A stretch of DNA of 64,000 bases from a virus (lineage: Duplodnaviria > Caudoviricetes), in the IMG/VR virus record IMGVR_UViG_3300032038_000003, positions 64,001-128,000 of that record. The stretch is one strand, 5' to 3'. A model generated the notes under the pieces. It saw only the letters and a program-made list of their open reading frames with translations, had not been told where the DNA came from and did not search any database. Below, piece after piece: positions 35,855 to 45,666 of this stretch. The position numbers and the translations under genes were made by a program. Every line of letters begins with the position of its first letter. The stretch's first letter is position 1.

Positions 35855-36775
35855 TTATACATCTTTTGCACGAAGATTTTCTTTTATACTATCTTTTAAT
35901 CCATCAAAATATGCTTGTCTTGTTGTATAACCAGGAACAATTTCATATTCTTTTTCTGGTAAGCCTAACAAATAATCACCAACATAACCTTGTTTATGTG
36001 CATTATATGCATCAGAGTACCATGCATTATAGTCATCTAATTGGTTTAATTGATGTTCAAAATCTATATCATCAAGATCGTTAACACCTTTCCAAGCCTC
36101 ACGTTGAGCTTCATAAAAATTAGAAAATTTTTTCGGTTTTAATGCAGTTTCTATAGATTCCACTTCTGCATTACTAAGCGTTGGTGTTATAGGTTTCGTA
36201 TTACCAATAGCGTCTTCAATTCCTTTATGAAAATAATTTTGATATTTTCTTTGCATATCCACATCGTTAAATTGAGAAGAAAGTTTTAAAGAAGCGATAT
36301 TTGTTGCATTTTGCATATCTTTTTCTGACAAATTATCTATTCCTCTTAATTGAGAACGATAATTTATTGCATCCATATGAGCAAGCTCTTTTATTTGAGA
36401 ACCAGACAAACTATTAGGATCAGATAATTTTGATATTGAAATTGAAGAATCTCCAACTTTAAAATTCATAACGTTTTTAGCAACATTTAAATCATTAGCA
36501 TTACTTGGCATTTCATGTTTGGCATATACTTTTTCTGCTTCTGCCATTACAGAATTAGAAATGCTTTGATCATAAACTTTAGAGGTTAATTTATTTTGTA
36601 ATGCTTGTTTACCAGCACTTATACCAGCACCACCGATAGAACCAACAAAAGCACCACCGACGATACCTCCAAGAATATTTCCATCTTTATCTCGTGATTC
36701 TTTAATGCCGCCTATGGTAGCACCAACAGCACTGCCTATACCAGCAGCTCTTGCCATTTTACTAATATTTACCAT
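35855..36775 (-). CDS. Glycine-zipper-containing protein
   Basis: AAGIGSAVGATIGG...ILGGIVGGAFVGSIGGAG N-terminus. Confidence 0.6.
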   Translation of the reverse strand: MVNISKMARAAGIGSAVGATIGGIKESRDKDGNILGGIVGGAFVGSIGGAGISAGKQALQNKLTSKVYDQSISNSVMAEAEKVYAKHEMPSNANDLNVAKNVMNFKVGDSSISISKLSDPNSLSGSQIKELAHMDAINYRSQLRGIDNLSEKDMQNATNIASLKLSSQFNDVDMQRKYQNYFHKGIEDAIGNTKPITPTLSNAEVESIETALKPKKFSNFYEAQREAWKGVNDLDDIDFEHQLNQLDDYNAWYSDAYNAHKQGYVGDYLLGLPEKEYEIVPGYTTRQAYFDGLKDSIKENLRAKDV

Positions 36776-36791
36776 ATGTATGCTCCTTATG

Positions 36792-37067
36792 TTAAGACAG
36801 AATACTTATGATTTCCTGTCTTAATACTAATAAAATATCTTTTGGCATACACTGTGGCAATGCTGTACTGATTACTATATTATCGCTATTATTAGCATAA
36901 ACATAATCATATACTGCATCTGCAACTTGTATGGCTGTTGCATTATTATCCATAGCATCTGTTGCTTTTTTGATTACATCAGCCTGTGTATAGCGTTCGA
37001 GATATTCATTAGTATATTGTTCGATTACTTGAGTAACCGAATCTTTCTTTGCTTTTGAATATGCCAT
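36792..37067 (-). CDS. Small helical protein
   Basis: RBS AAGGAG; weak similarity to the N-terminus of the adjacent Ig-domain protein. Confidence 0.6.
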   Translation of the reverse strand: MAYSKAKKDSVTQVIEQYTNEYLERYTQADVIKKATDAMDNNATAIQVADAVYDYVYANNSDNIVISTALPQCMPKDILLVLRQEIISILS

Positions 37068-37082
37068 GATTATCTCTCCTTA

Positions 37083-37685
37083 TTACTCAGCGGTAATTGT
37101 TACTACGCAAGAATCAGACTTTGTATTGTCCTTTGTAGATGTAGCAACAACAGTAACTTCACCAGCTTCTGCTTCAGCATCAACTGTAACTACACCGTCA
37201 ACAACTGTAACCTTGTCGTTTGCGGTTGCAAGAGACCAAGTAACAGTTTTGTTTTCTGCTTCATCTGGAGAAGCAACAACGGTAGCGGTAAGAGTTTCAG
37301 AACCACCTTTTGCAATGCTTGTAGTATTCTTGTTAAGAGTTACACTTGTAATAGTAACTACTGCTGGCTCTGGTACGGGTTCTGGTGTAACACCGCCCTC
37401 AAGTTCTTTAATAGCATTGTAAACAGCTCCTCTTACATATGATCCATAGTTGAACATTACAAGATTTGAACCGATGGTATTGTAAGTACCATTATTGAAT
37501 AATGGTAAATCATCGATTGCAGCACGAGCATTGTTTGCAATGGTATCTGCGTCTAATCCAGCTTTCATACCAGAAATGATTGCAGTTGTAGGAAATGTAA
37601 CATTTTGAGCATCAGTAAAACCATGTAAAACTTCTGTTGCTTTATCGCATACAGATTTGATTTGAGCATCTGAATAACCAGCCAT
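37083..37685 (-). CDS. Ig-like (Big_2) domain protein, probable virion decoration
   Basis: PEPVPEP linker then ITSVTLNK...LTATV...NKTVTWS...VVDGVVT. Confidence 0.85.
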   Translation of the reverse strand: MAGYSDAQIKSVCDKATEVLHGFTDAQNVTFPTTAIISGMKAGLDADTIANNARAAIDDLPLFNNGTYNTIGSNLVMFNYGSYVRGAVYNAIKELEGGVTPEPVPEPAVVTITSVTLNKNTTSIAKGGSETLTATVVASPDEAENKTVTWSLATANDKVTVVDGVVTVDAEAEAGEVTVVATSTKDNTKSDSCVVTITAE

Positions 37686-37701
37686 GACTTATAACCTCCT
37701 T

Positions 37702-38016
37702 TTAATTATTATCTTTGTTATTATTATCAGTCTGTTCCTCTTCAGCTTCTGTTGCAAGTAACGCTCTGATTTCAGACATAGCGAATCTTACGTTATTAGC
37801 GGTAAAAGCTCTAGTATTACTAGTAGGTAATAAGTCAGACTGTCCATTTCTCATAGTATCAAAAGAATCAAGATATGTTGTCATATCAAGAATTGTTTCT
37901 TCAGTAGGGTTCTTTACGATCTCATTTGCAGCATGAGTAATTTCTTGAATGTTTAAAAAGTCACTACAATATTTGTAAAGAATGTTATGCATCTGGATTT
38001 TCTTTTCATCATTCAT
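37702..38016 (-). CDS. Small hypothetical protein
   Basis: RBS AAAGGAG. Confidence 0.6.
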   Translation of the reverse strand: MNDEKKIQMHNILYKYCSDFLNIQEITHAANEIVKNPTEETILDMTTYLDSFDTMRNGQSDLLPTSNTRAFTANNVRFAMSEIRALLATEAEEEQTDNNNKDNN

Positions 38017-38032
38017 GATTGTTCTCCTTTAA

Positions 38033-38917
38033 TTATATTCTAACTAACATTCCTGTTTTTACAACACCAGTAACGGCTCCAGACTTTTTCGTACTAAATT
38101 TCCAACCACGACTATCTTCTCCTCTGTAATAAAGAGTAGATTTTTGTACCCATGCTGGAATCTTTTTGCCGTTATAATATGTATCTGTTAATAGTTTAAT
38201 TTTATCACCGATTTCAAGTTTTGTCTCTTTTTTTATAGGATAAACCAATTTGCCATCGGAATCAAATACGTAATATCCAGGATGCTTATCGCATTCTTTT
38301 TTCGCATTTTCAATTTTTTCATATGCCCCGATTTGATTTTTGGAATCTTCCCATGAAGTTCTTACACGATAATATTTTTTATCTTGAGATGGTTTAACTG
38401 GATCTGGTGTATGGAGAACACAGTCCAAAACCATTCCTTGGTCGTATTGTGTAAGGTTGTGAGAGTTAATAACTCGTTTAATGTTTTGTGGATATGCAAG
38501 AGAAGTATAGTATTTACATTGACCAAGTACCTCTATAAACTTAATTGGATCCGTAATATTTTGTCTTACTGGATCGTAATTGGAAATAGAAATAAATTCA
38601 AAATATCCTTTTACGCCATCCTCCATATTACGGAACTTAAACCATTGATCAGTAATATCATAGTAAGAGCCATCTGGTCTTTGTTCTTTACTACCATCTA
38701 CAAATGTTCCACATGCAGATGGACATCTGTTACTTCTATATTTCAGTCCAAAATAGTTATTGAATTGGGCTTTATAACTTGTACCGTAACCAGATTCTAA
38801 ACAAGCCTGAGCGATAATCGGGCTGGCTACTTTATATCCGTTTTGTTTAGCGTATTTTTGTACAAGCGGACCGATTTTAGAAATAAAAGATTTCATAGTG
38901 TCAAAATCTGCTGCCAT
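38033..38917 (-). CDS. GH73 glucosaminidase-type lysin with C-terminal cell-wall-binding module
   Basis: IIAQACLESGYG, NNYFGLK, YYT...Y; YRVRTSWEDSKNQIGAY...GYYVFDSDG; start at ATG 38917 after AGGAGG. Confidence 0.88.
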   Translation of the reverse strand: MAADFDTMKSFISKIGPLVQKYAKQNGYKVASPIIAQACLESGYGTSYKAQFNNYFGLKYRSNRCPSACGTFVDGSKEQRPDGSYYDITDQWFKFRNMEDGVKGYFEFISISNYDPVRQNITDPIKFIEVLGQCKYYTSLAYPQNIKRVINSHNLTQYDQGMVLDCVLHTPDPVKPSQDKKYYRVRTSWEDSKNQIGAYEKIENAKKECDKHPGYYVFDSDGKLVYPIKKETKLEIGDKIKLLTDTYYNGKKIPAWVQKSTLYYRGEDSRGWKFSTKKSGAVTGVVKTGMLVRI

Positions 38918-38946
38918 TTTTGAACCTCCTTTTATTTTTAAAATGC

Positions 38947-41220
38947 TTATAAAGTAGTAAATTCTAACTTGTAACTGTTTAAAATTGGCGTAAGCCAATT
39001 ATCATGTTTAGTATTTCTTCTGAGTATAGCTTTTAATCGTATCTGTGATCCAAAACTTGGATAACTGATTTCGATTTTTTGAGTAGGTGCGATTGGCTTA
39101 TTAAAATACAAGTATCTCCCATTAGTATAATACTGTATTTTATTTGTGTTTGCAACGAAGTTCTTGAAGCTGCTTGCTGGGTTGAGTTTATCAGTAACAC
39201 ATTCAATAGATTTATCTGATAATGCACTAGCAGTGTTTTGATTAAGAACTAAGTTTGTATCGACATTGACGATTTTTACGTAAGTCATTGTATCATCTGG
39301 ATGCTGACGATTGTAGTAAGGATATTCATCAAGACGATAACAAGCAGATCCTGTACCAATAATTTCTTGGAAAGTATTACTTGGCTGAGGATTTTCGTCG
39401 TTAATAAGAGTAATCTCTTTTGAAGTATCTAATGGCATATAAGACACAGTATAAATTGCAAAATTATCAAATCCAGCAATTTCAATTGCATGTACATTAC
39501 CGTCATCATCGTATCTTAAAATATAGTCGGCATCTTCTGTTAATACGATATCGTTGTAATATACGATTGGACGTTCCATTACTGTTGTTTCTTTACCGTT
39601 AGCATCGTAAGTAATAATATTACCACAGACAGCTTTATGTCTTAAGTAGCAATATGCATAGTCAAGCTGAAGAAGCTCGTGGTAAACGTAGTCCTTATTA
39701 GATGGACATATAGGAATCCAATCATTATATTCTGGGTTACGTTTTGTTGTAACATAAAACTCTATATCTGTAAGTATCTGTTGATCTGAAGATAATGGAT
39801 GTGTTTCGTCAGATACTAATTTAATAGTATCTACAGAACCATCACATTCAATAACCTTAGATACAAATACACCAGCTCTTTGATATTCTGAGAAGCAAGG
39901 AGCAATGTTATAAAAGCCATAATTGTATTGATACTTGGTTACTGGTAAGTATTTCTCTTCGTTTTCGATTAGTAATTCATTAATATCAAGAAGTTTATTG
40001 GTTATCATCTTGTTATTAATATACTTCCAAACATTACTTTCTAATCCTCTATCAAGATACAATGGCTGGAAAACAGTAGAATTATCCATTTTAATTTTAT
40101 CGTTTAGCTCATAAGTCGCATTAAACCAGAGTTCGTTTTTGAACATCTGATTTGTAGAAAGCATATATGTATCTTTAATGCAATGGATCTGATTGATTAA
40201 GATATATAACTTCTTACAAGTAATGGTTTTAAAGTGAAAAGCATATTCTTTATCAATACTTGTAGTAGCTAATAATTCATTTTCGTTACCTGGATAGATA
40301 ACGTCATATATAGTATCATCTTCATCATCAGATAATTGATATCTCATTGCTACGATATCAATTGGAAAGTTACCATATGGCTTTAAAATTAATTCGTTTA
40401 CGTTTGTTAATGCTTCAAATGTAAGACATATTTCGCATAATGCTCCTCTTGGAAGATTATAATACGAACGATTAGTATCATATAAACCATCTGAGTTTGT
40501 AAAGTTTAATCCTTTGATCTTAATTTCTTGATTAGTTAAGATTGTTTCTGACCAGTAACTAGAGTTACTAGTATCTATTGCGTTATCCAATTTGGTTTCA
40601 GAATTACGTGCTACTATAAAGCCAGCACCGTATTGTTTAGTAATACTAATTTCTCCTAACTGTACACCAGATTTATATACCATAACATTCTGTTGACGTG
40701 TATAGTTAAGAGTGATATTCTCTTGATCTGAATTAAAACGGACATATGTATCTTCTGGCATTTTCTCGCCATAACGTTCCGTATAATACATTTTATCCGT
40801 TTCTTGATTGTTAATAGTACGTAAACCTTCGTAATAGCATTGTGGAGCACCTTCAGTTCCAATAACAGCTTCGCAAGCAGTAAGCTGGTCATTTAATTCA
40901 CCAATAGTAGAATGTAATGTAGTAATAATACTCTCGTTTAATTTCTGGTGAGACTGAAGTGTATTATATAAATTATCAATATAATAAAATGTCGTAAGAA
41001 TATCCAAGTATAATTCATAAGCTGTCTGGTTATAATCATATGCATTGGTTAAACCAGACTGTTCTCTAACGGTGGTTGTAAGCTTGTTATTCTGTAAATT
41101 AGATAACAGTTTACGCTTATATAGGTCTTTTTCTTTAGAAGTCATATAACGCATATCAATTAATTGTTCTATAACTTCATTGACCATTTTTTCTTTTAAT
41201 TCATTTAAAGAAGTGATCAT
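38947..41220 (-). CDS. Virion structural protein (paralogous family)
   Basis: NAIDTSNSSYWSE; C-terminal TPILNSYKLEF. Confidence 0.6.
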   Translation of the reverse strand: MITSLNELKEKMVNEVIEQLIDMRYMTSKEKDLYKRKLLSNLQNNKLTTTVREQSGLTNAYDYNQTAYELYLDILTTFYYIDNLYNTLQSHQKLNESIITTLHSTIGELNDQLTACEAVIGTEGAPQCYYEGLRTINNQETDKMYYTERYGEKMPEDTYVRFNSDQENITLNYTRQQNVMVYKSGVQLGEISITKQYGAGFIVARNSETKLDNAIDTSNSSYWSETILTNQEIKIKGLNFTNSDGLYDTNRSYYNLPRGALCEICLTFEALTNVNELILKPYGNFPIDIVAMRYQLSDDEDDTIYDVIYPGNENELLATTSIDKEYAFHFKTITCKKLYILINQIHCIKDTYMLSTNQMFKNELWFNATYELNDKIKMDNSTVFQPLYLDRGLESNVWKYINNKMITNKLLDINELLIENEEKYLPVTKYQYNYGFYNIAPCFSEYQRAGVFVSKVIECDGSVDTIKLVSDETHPLSSDQQILTDIEFYVTTKRNPEYNDWIPICPSNKDYVYHELLQLDYAYCYLRHKAVCGNIITYDANGKETTVMERPIVYYNDIVLTEDADYILRYDDDGNVHAIEIAGFDNFAIYTVSYMPLDTSKEITLINDENPQPSNTFQEIIGTGSACYRLDEYPYYNRQHPDDTMTYVKIVNVDTNLVLNQNTASALSDKSIECVTDKLNPASSFKNFVANTNKIQYYTNGRYLYFNKPIAPTQKIEISYPSFGSQIRLKAILRRNTKHDNWLTPILNSYKLEFTTL

Positions 41221-43973
41221 GCGTTATCTTCTCCTTTGCCTGGTACAGTGAATAATCTATAACTTATTGTAGCATTGTCAAACAGACTATTCAAAGAGCC
41301 GTACAAAAATTCACCATAATAATACCATTTTTCATCTTCCGTTAACGACTCTACATCACCATTGATAAAATATTGGGTGTTGCTATTATTAACATGGTAA
41401 TAAGGCAGTTCGGAATCTTGTAACAATAATATAGAAGCCAAGTAATCTTTATTTGTATTTGTAACATTGCATAAATCAGCATTAAAATCTGATAGATACA
41501 TTTTTAAATCATTGTAAAAACCCATATATGTGTTATCACAAAAATACAATCTATCATTAAATCCATTACTTTTATTCTTTTTAATTACTATTTTCTTTTC
41601 ATATTGACTTATATTAGTATCTGATATTAACTGATACATACTATTATCAGCAAAGTCAGTAAATGAATCTAAAACTGTATTGTAATGAATTGTCTTAATA
41701 TCTGAATAAGCACTAATTGTAACGTTATCTGTTGTACATAACGTACCACTGTTCTCTTCGTCATTTTCATTGGCGTTTACACATAGCTTATAAGAAATTG
41801 TTTCATTTTGATCTGACGCTTTAATAGTAAACTCATATTGTTCATCTGTATCGGTTACAGAAATACATTTACCAATAATAGTAGGAGGATTAGGTATTTT
41901 TGTATCAAGCGGAGAATGAGTATATGACATATTAGTATTGCAGTTAATTCGTCGTGCATTATTAACAACGACTTCATATGTGAACGGAGGATCACTTCCA
42001 ATTAAATCTCCAGCTGTTTCATAATGTTTGGTAATTGTCCATGATAAATCAGCAGCATCTCCGTTTTTATCTGCGTTGAAAACAACATCACAATCTACTT
42101 CTACTTCTTGTAATACTGATACGGCAAAGTTTTCATCGGTGTTAAAACTATATACAAATTTATCTGCTTCAGTACCGCCACCATTACATTCTTGAGTAAT
42201 GATTTTATAAGTGTGTCCGTTAACAAAAGTGACATTACTCATAGATAACTCTAATGCCTGGTCATTATAATGTGTAGCATTACTGCTGGCATAGTTATCT
42301 GTTACATATGAAAAATTTGTACCATCAATACTTTCCCAAATAGCAAAACCGTACCAGTGTCCAGTATTCATTTTAAGTTTAAATGCACCAGTATAGTTTT
42401 CTCGTGCAGTAAACAGTAATAATTCTTTTAATGCACCAAAGTCTCCATTACCAAGACCGCCAGCACCATATTCAGCGGTTACAGTATGTAAATCATGAAT
42501 ACGTTGAGTTGCAAACGGTATACACATTCTTTTAAATTTAAAATGTGAAGTTGTACTGTCATGTGATATGAGAGTGTTATTGTCTTGAGTACAGCCATTA
42601 TCAACATCTGATACATCACTATTATCTATTTGCAAAAAAGAATTGTTTATTTTATTAGAATTATCTTCTACCCATGCAAATAATATCATTGGATGATAAA
42701 GATAAACAGGCAAGCAAGATAATCTTTTAAAGTAAACATTAATATTATTAGATTCGTCTATTTCGTAGTCCGCATAAATAAAATCATGCTGACTGTCATT
42801 TAACGAATATACATGAGGTAACATATCACGATAATGTTTACCATTTTGATTATATTCAAAAAAGATTTCGAGATCGCCATTGATAATATTATTATTAGCA
42901 AAGTTTTGCAAAACATTACCAGTAATTTGTTTGTTGCACATACATGATAATGCAAGCTTAGTATAGCCATATTTAATATCAAATTCTGAATCGTGATATT
43001 GTCCATGTTTGGTTTTGGTATTAATAGAATCTAAATCATCTAATATAAAGTTTGCCCCAGTAACAGGAATTGTACCAGAGTCTACAACACGAATAGAATG
43101 TTCTAAGGTATCCTTAAGTAAGTTAAACTCTTCATTGCTTAAATAGTTCTTAAGAAGAGTATGAATATATTGTTTAAAACTAAAGTTTTTAACGTCAGTA
43201 TATGTATTTGCATCTCTAACAAAGTCAGAGATCCATAGGTCAATGTTATCATCTACATATTTAAGCTTATTATATATAGGAGTAAAGATATCCTGTAACT
43301 GATTGATATAACGTTGACCGATAGAAGTAAAATATTCATCGGTCTCTTTAAAACGCTCAACTGCTTTTTCAACTCTGGCTACCAGATCTTCTATGAGAAT
43401 CAAATCTATACTTACACGAGATCCAGTATAGATAAGCATATTTAATATATTCTGGTTCGTATGTAAATGGAATCCGCCATTTATTAAATTATACTCTTCA
43501 AGTTTTTCACGTAATCCTTTTACTTCGTCAATCGTATGTATGTGAGCTAATGGAACTCTTGCATTAGAAAGACGATCATCATCACCAGCTACGAGATGGT
43601 CTTCCTGTTTTTCTCCATAATTAAAATAATCTTCGACATCATCATTCCATAATGTTGTACTTTCTGTTGTAATATCACAGAAATCTTTATTAAAAGCAGT
43701 GTTTTTATCGAACGCTTCTTCTCCGCCAAAGTCTCTGATAAACAGATCTATATTACCAGAACGTTCGTTAATACATATGATATATTTATTTGAATAAGCA
43801 TTTAAGATTTCTTTTAATCTTGTATAAGCCTGGATAATAATGGCTTCTTTAGATTCTTGAGAAATCTCATTTTCAATTTGAAAATATCTCTGAATAATAT
43901 TTTTTAAATAAAGAGTAATAGGATCATTCTCTTCTTTAGTGATAATATTATTCTCGTGTTCCTTTAAAGCCAT
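41217..43973 (-). CDS. Tail fibre-like protein
   Basis: GDDDRLSNAR and HIHTIDEVKGL, HLH fibre-type motifs; N-terminus paralogous to the 43988-45265 product. Confidence 0.65.
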   Translation of the reverse strand: MALKEHENNIITKEENDPITLYLKNIIQRYFQIENEISQESKEAIIIQAYTRLKEILNAYSNKYIICINERSGNIDLFIRDFGGEEAFDKNTAFNKDFCDITTESTTLWNDDVEDYFNYGEKQEDHLVAGDDDRLSNARVPLAHIHTIDEVKGLREKLEEYNLINGGFHLHTNQNILNMLIYTGSRVSIDLILIEDLVARVEKAVERFKETDEYFTSIGQRYINQLQDIFTPIYNKLKYVDDNIDLWISDFVRDANTYTDVKNFSFKQYIHTLLKNYLSNEEFNLLKDTLEHSIRVVDSGTIPVTGANFILDDLDSINTKTKHGQYHDSEFDIKYGYTKLALSCMCNKQITGNVLQNFANNNIINGDLEIFFEYNQNGKHYRDMLPHVYSLNDSQHDFIYADYEIDESNNINVYFKRLSCLPVYLYHPMILFAWVEDNSNKINNSFLQIDNSDVSDVDNGCTQDNNTLISHDSTTSHFKFKRMCIPFATQRIHDLHTVTAEYGAGGLGNGDFGALKELLLFTARENYTGAFKLKMNTGHWYGFAIWESIDGTNFSYVTDNYASSNATHYNDQALELSMSNVTFVNGHTYKIITQECNGGGTEADKFVYSFNTDENFAVSVLQEVEVDCDVVFNADKNGDAADLSWTITKHYETAGDLIGSDPPFTYEVVVNNARRINCNTNMSYTHSPLDTKIPNPPTIIGKCISVTDTDEQYEFTIKASDQNETISYKLCVNANENDEENSGTLCTTDNVTISAYSDIKTIHYNTVLDSFTDFADNSMYQLISDTNISQYEKKIVIKKNKSNGFNDRLYFCDNTYMGFYNDLKMYLSDFNADLCNVTNTNKDYLASILLLQDSELPYYHVNNSNTQYFINGDVESLTEDEKWYYYGEFLYGSLNSLFDNATISYRLFTVPGKGEDNA

Positions 43974-43987
43974 AAATTATCTACTCC

Positions 43988-45265
43988 TTAATAATATACT
44001 GGGCAAAACGCTTTAGCGTATATGTCACAAACAAGATATCCGTCTAACATTTCATCTGTTAACTGGTTTTCATTGGTTTGAAATACAAGCTGTAATTTAT
44101 TATTATTCTGCTGTATCGCTTCAATGTAACCAGCTATCGTTAACCGAGGAATTAGCGGATACATGAACGGTTTGAACTCTGTACTGAAATTATCCATGTG
44201 AGGTAATGGCTGCTTGATTTTTACACCATTACGCTCATATTGCAAATAAAACTTGAAGATAACTTCTGTACTAGTAGCAATATCAACCGCTCTTTTTAAG
44301 AATTTATCAAGAGTGGCTTGTGATAAAGTAAGATCAGCAATTCTTGTATCTTGGTCTGAACGAATATATAAGTCTCTAATAGACCACATATCGGTATTAA
44401 CAAATGTGTAGCACTGATTTGCAATATCAATGAGTTCTTGTATGTTTTCTTTTTTGACATAATTAGTATCTATATAATTAGTATCTATATAATTAGTAAG
44501 TTCTGTAACGGAATTATCAAATACAGTATCTGTATATTGTTTTGCACGTAATAAATACTCTTCGCATTTTTCTAATACGTATTGATAAATAGCATCAATA
44601 CGCTGATTGATTGTAACCAATTCGGCATTAATTCTATCGATTTCTGTTTCAGTATCTCTGATATATTTTTCAATATCTTGTCTTATCTGTTCTGTGATTT
44701 GATTAATCTTAGGTTCAAGAGTATCCAGGATACCAAGATCAATACTTGTTTTATCACCAGTATATTCAAGAATATTAAGAAGGTCTTTATTTGCATGGGT
44801 GTGATTATACACATCTGTACGTTCTATTTGTCCTATAATAGTAGATAAGATACCATCTAAACCTCTGATATCACTAATTTCGTGTTCATGTTTAATAGGT
44901 TTTCTAGCATCATATAATCTTGGATCATTACCTTCACATGCTGTATTTGCAGTGTTACCAAAGTTAACATTAAATGCAGAAAGCTTGGGAGAGATTAATG
45001 GTTCTCCACCCAAGTCTTCAAGAGTAATGCTAACATCTCCAGTTCTTGTTTCTCCGTTTGGCAGAGTAATACTAAGAACACCCAAAGAGTTATAATCCAT
45101 TTCTGTTCTTAATCTATCAACAGCTTCACGAATTATATACTCTTTGGATCCTTCAAGAGCTTCGTTAGAATCTCTAAAATATTCTTGAATGATATTTAAT
45201 AAGTACTTCTCTACGGAATCCGTAGATTTAATATACATATTATTTTGAAGTTCTTCTATTCTCAT
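43988..45265 (-). CDS. Tail fibre-like protein
   Basis: TGDVSIT, EGNDPRLYDAR, HEHEISDIRGL, HTHANK. Confidence 0.65.
   Translation of the reverse strand: MRIEELQNNMYIKSTDSVEKYLLNIIQEYFRDSNEALEGSKEYIIREAVDRLRTEMDYNSLGVLSITLPNGETRTGDVSITLEDLGGEPLISPKLSAFNVNFGNTANTACEGNDPRLYDARKPIKHEHEISDIRGLDGILSTIIGQIERTDVYNHTHANKDLLNILEYTGDKTSIDLGILDTLEPKINQITEQIRQDIEKYIRDTETEIDRINAELVTINQRIDAIYQYVLEKCEEYLLRAKQYTDTVFDNSVTELTNYIDTNYIDTNYVKKENIQELIDIANQCYTFVNTDMWSIRDLYIRSDQDTRIADLTLSQATLDKFLKRAVDIATSTEVIFKFYLQYERNGVKIKQPLPHMDNFSTEFKPFMYPLIPRLTIAGYIEAIQQNNNKLQLVFQTNENQLTDEMLDGYLVCDIYAKAFCPVYY
44459..44498. repeat. In-frame 15-bp tandem repeat (about 2.7 copies)
   Basis: ATAATTAGTATCTAT x2 plus ATAATTAGTA; encodes TNYIDTNYIDTNY. 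Confidence 0.9.
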
Positions 45266-45666
45266 ATGGCAGCAACCCTTTGTGTATTAATTTTATCCAT
45301 GTCACTAAGTTCTTTATAGATGGACTTATAGATTTGTTCGTTTTCTGCACTCAGTTTAGTGACTTTTACTCCATTCATATATTCTTTAGTAACTTTAGTA
45401 ATCTGTCTAACCTTTGTTAAGACAGATTCTATTTCACCATAACTTGTAAGATAAGGTTCGTAATAAAGTTTATGGAGCTGCGATACAGCACCAACAGAAT
45501 GATAGTTATCCCATTCTGTTCTAATATAATGAAGTCTTCCCTGGTCATTCCAATCGAATGTGAGGTAAACAGTGTCAAGTGGTTCTATGACCTTTACTAC
45601 TTTATCTTCTTGAGCACGATCCCTAACTATAATAGTTAATCCATCGTCATCGCCTACCTCTATACT
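45262..45666 (-). CDS. Start-less 134-codon frame, probable +1 frameshift extension of the 45665-46321 gene
   Basis: Opens at TTT-CCC-TAG; reads SIEVGDDDGLTIIVRDRAQEDKVVKVIEP...TQRVAAI*; its TGA overlaps the next ATG. Confidence 0.75.
   Translation of the reverse strand, partial: SIEVGDDDGLTIIVRDRAQEDKVVKVIEPLDTVYLTFDWNDQGRLHYIRTEWDNYHSVGAVSQLHKLYYEPYLTSYGEIESVLTKVRQITKVTKEYMNGVKVTKLSAENEQIYKSIYKELSDMDKINTQRVAAI

Noticed and set aside
45636-45660. Independent start for the hidden frame using the GAGGT-like RBS
   Set aside because: The ATGs following it are in another frame and give only MTMD*
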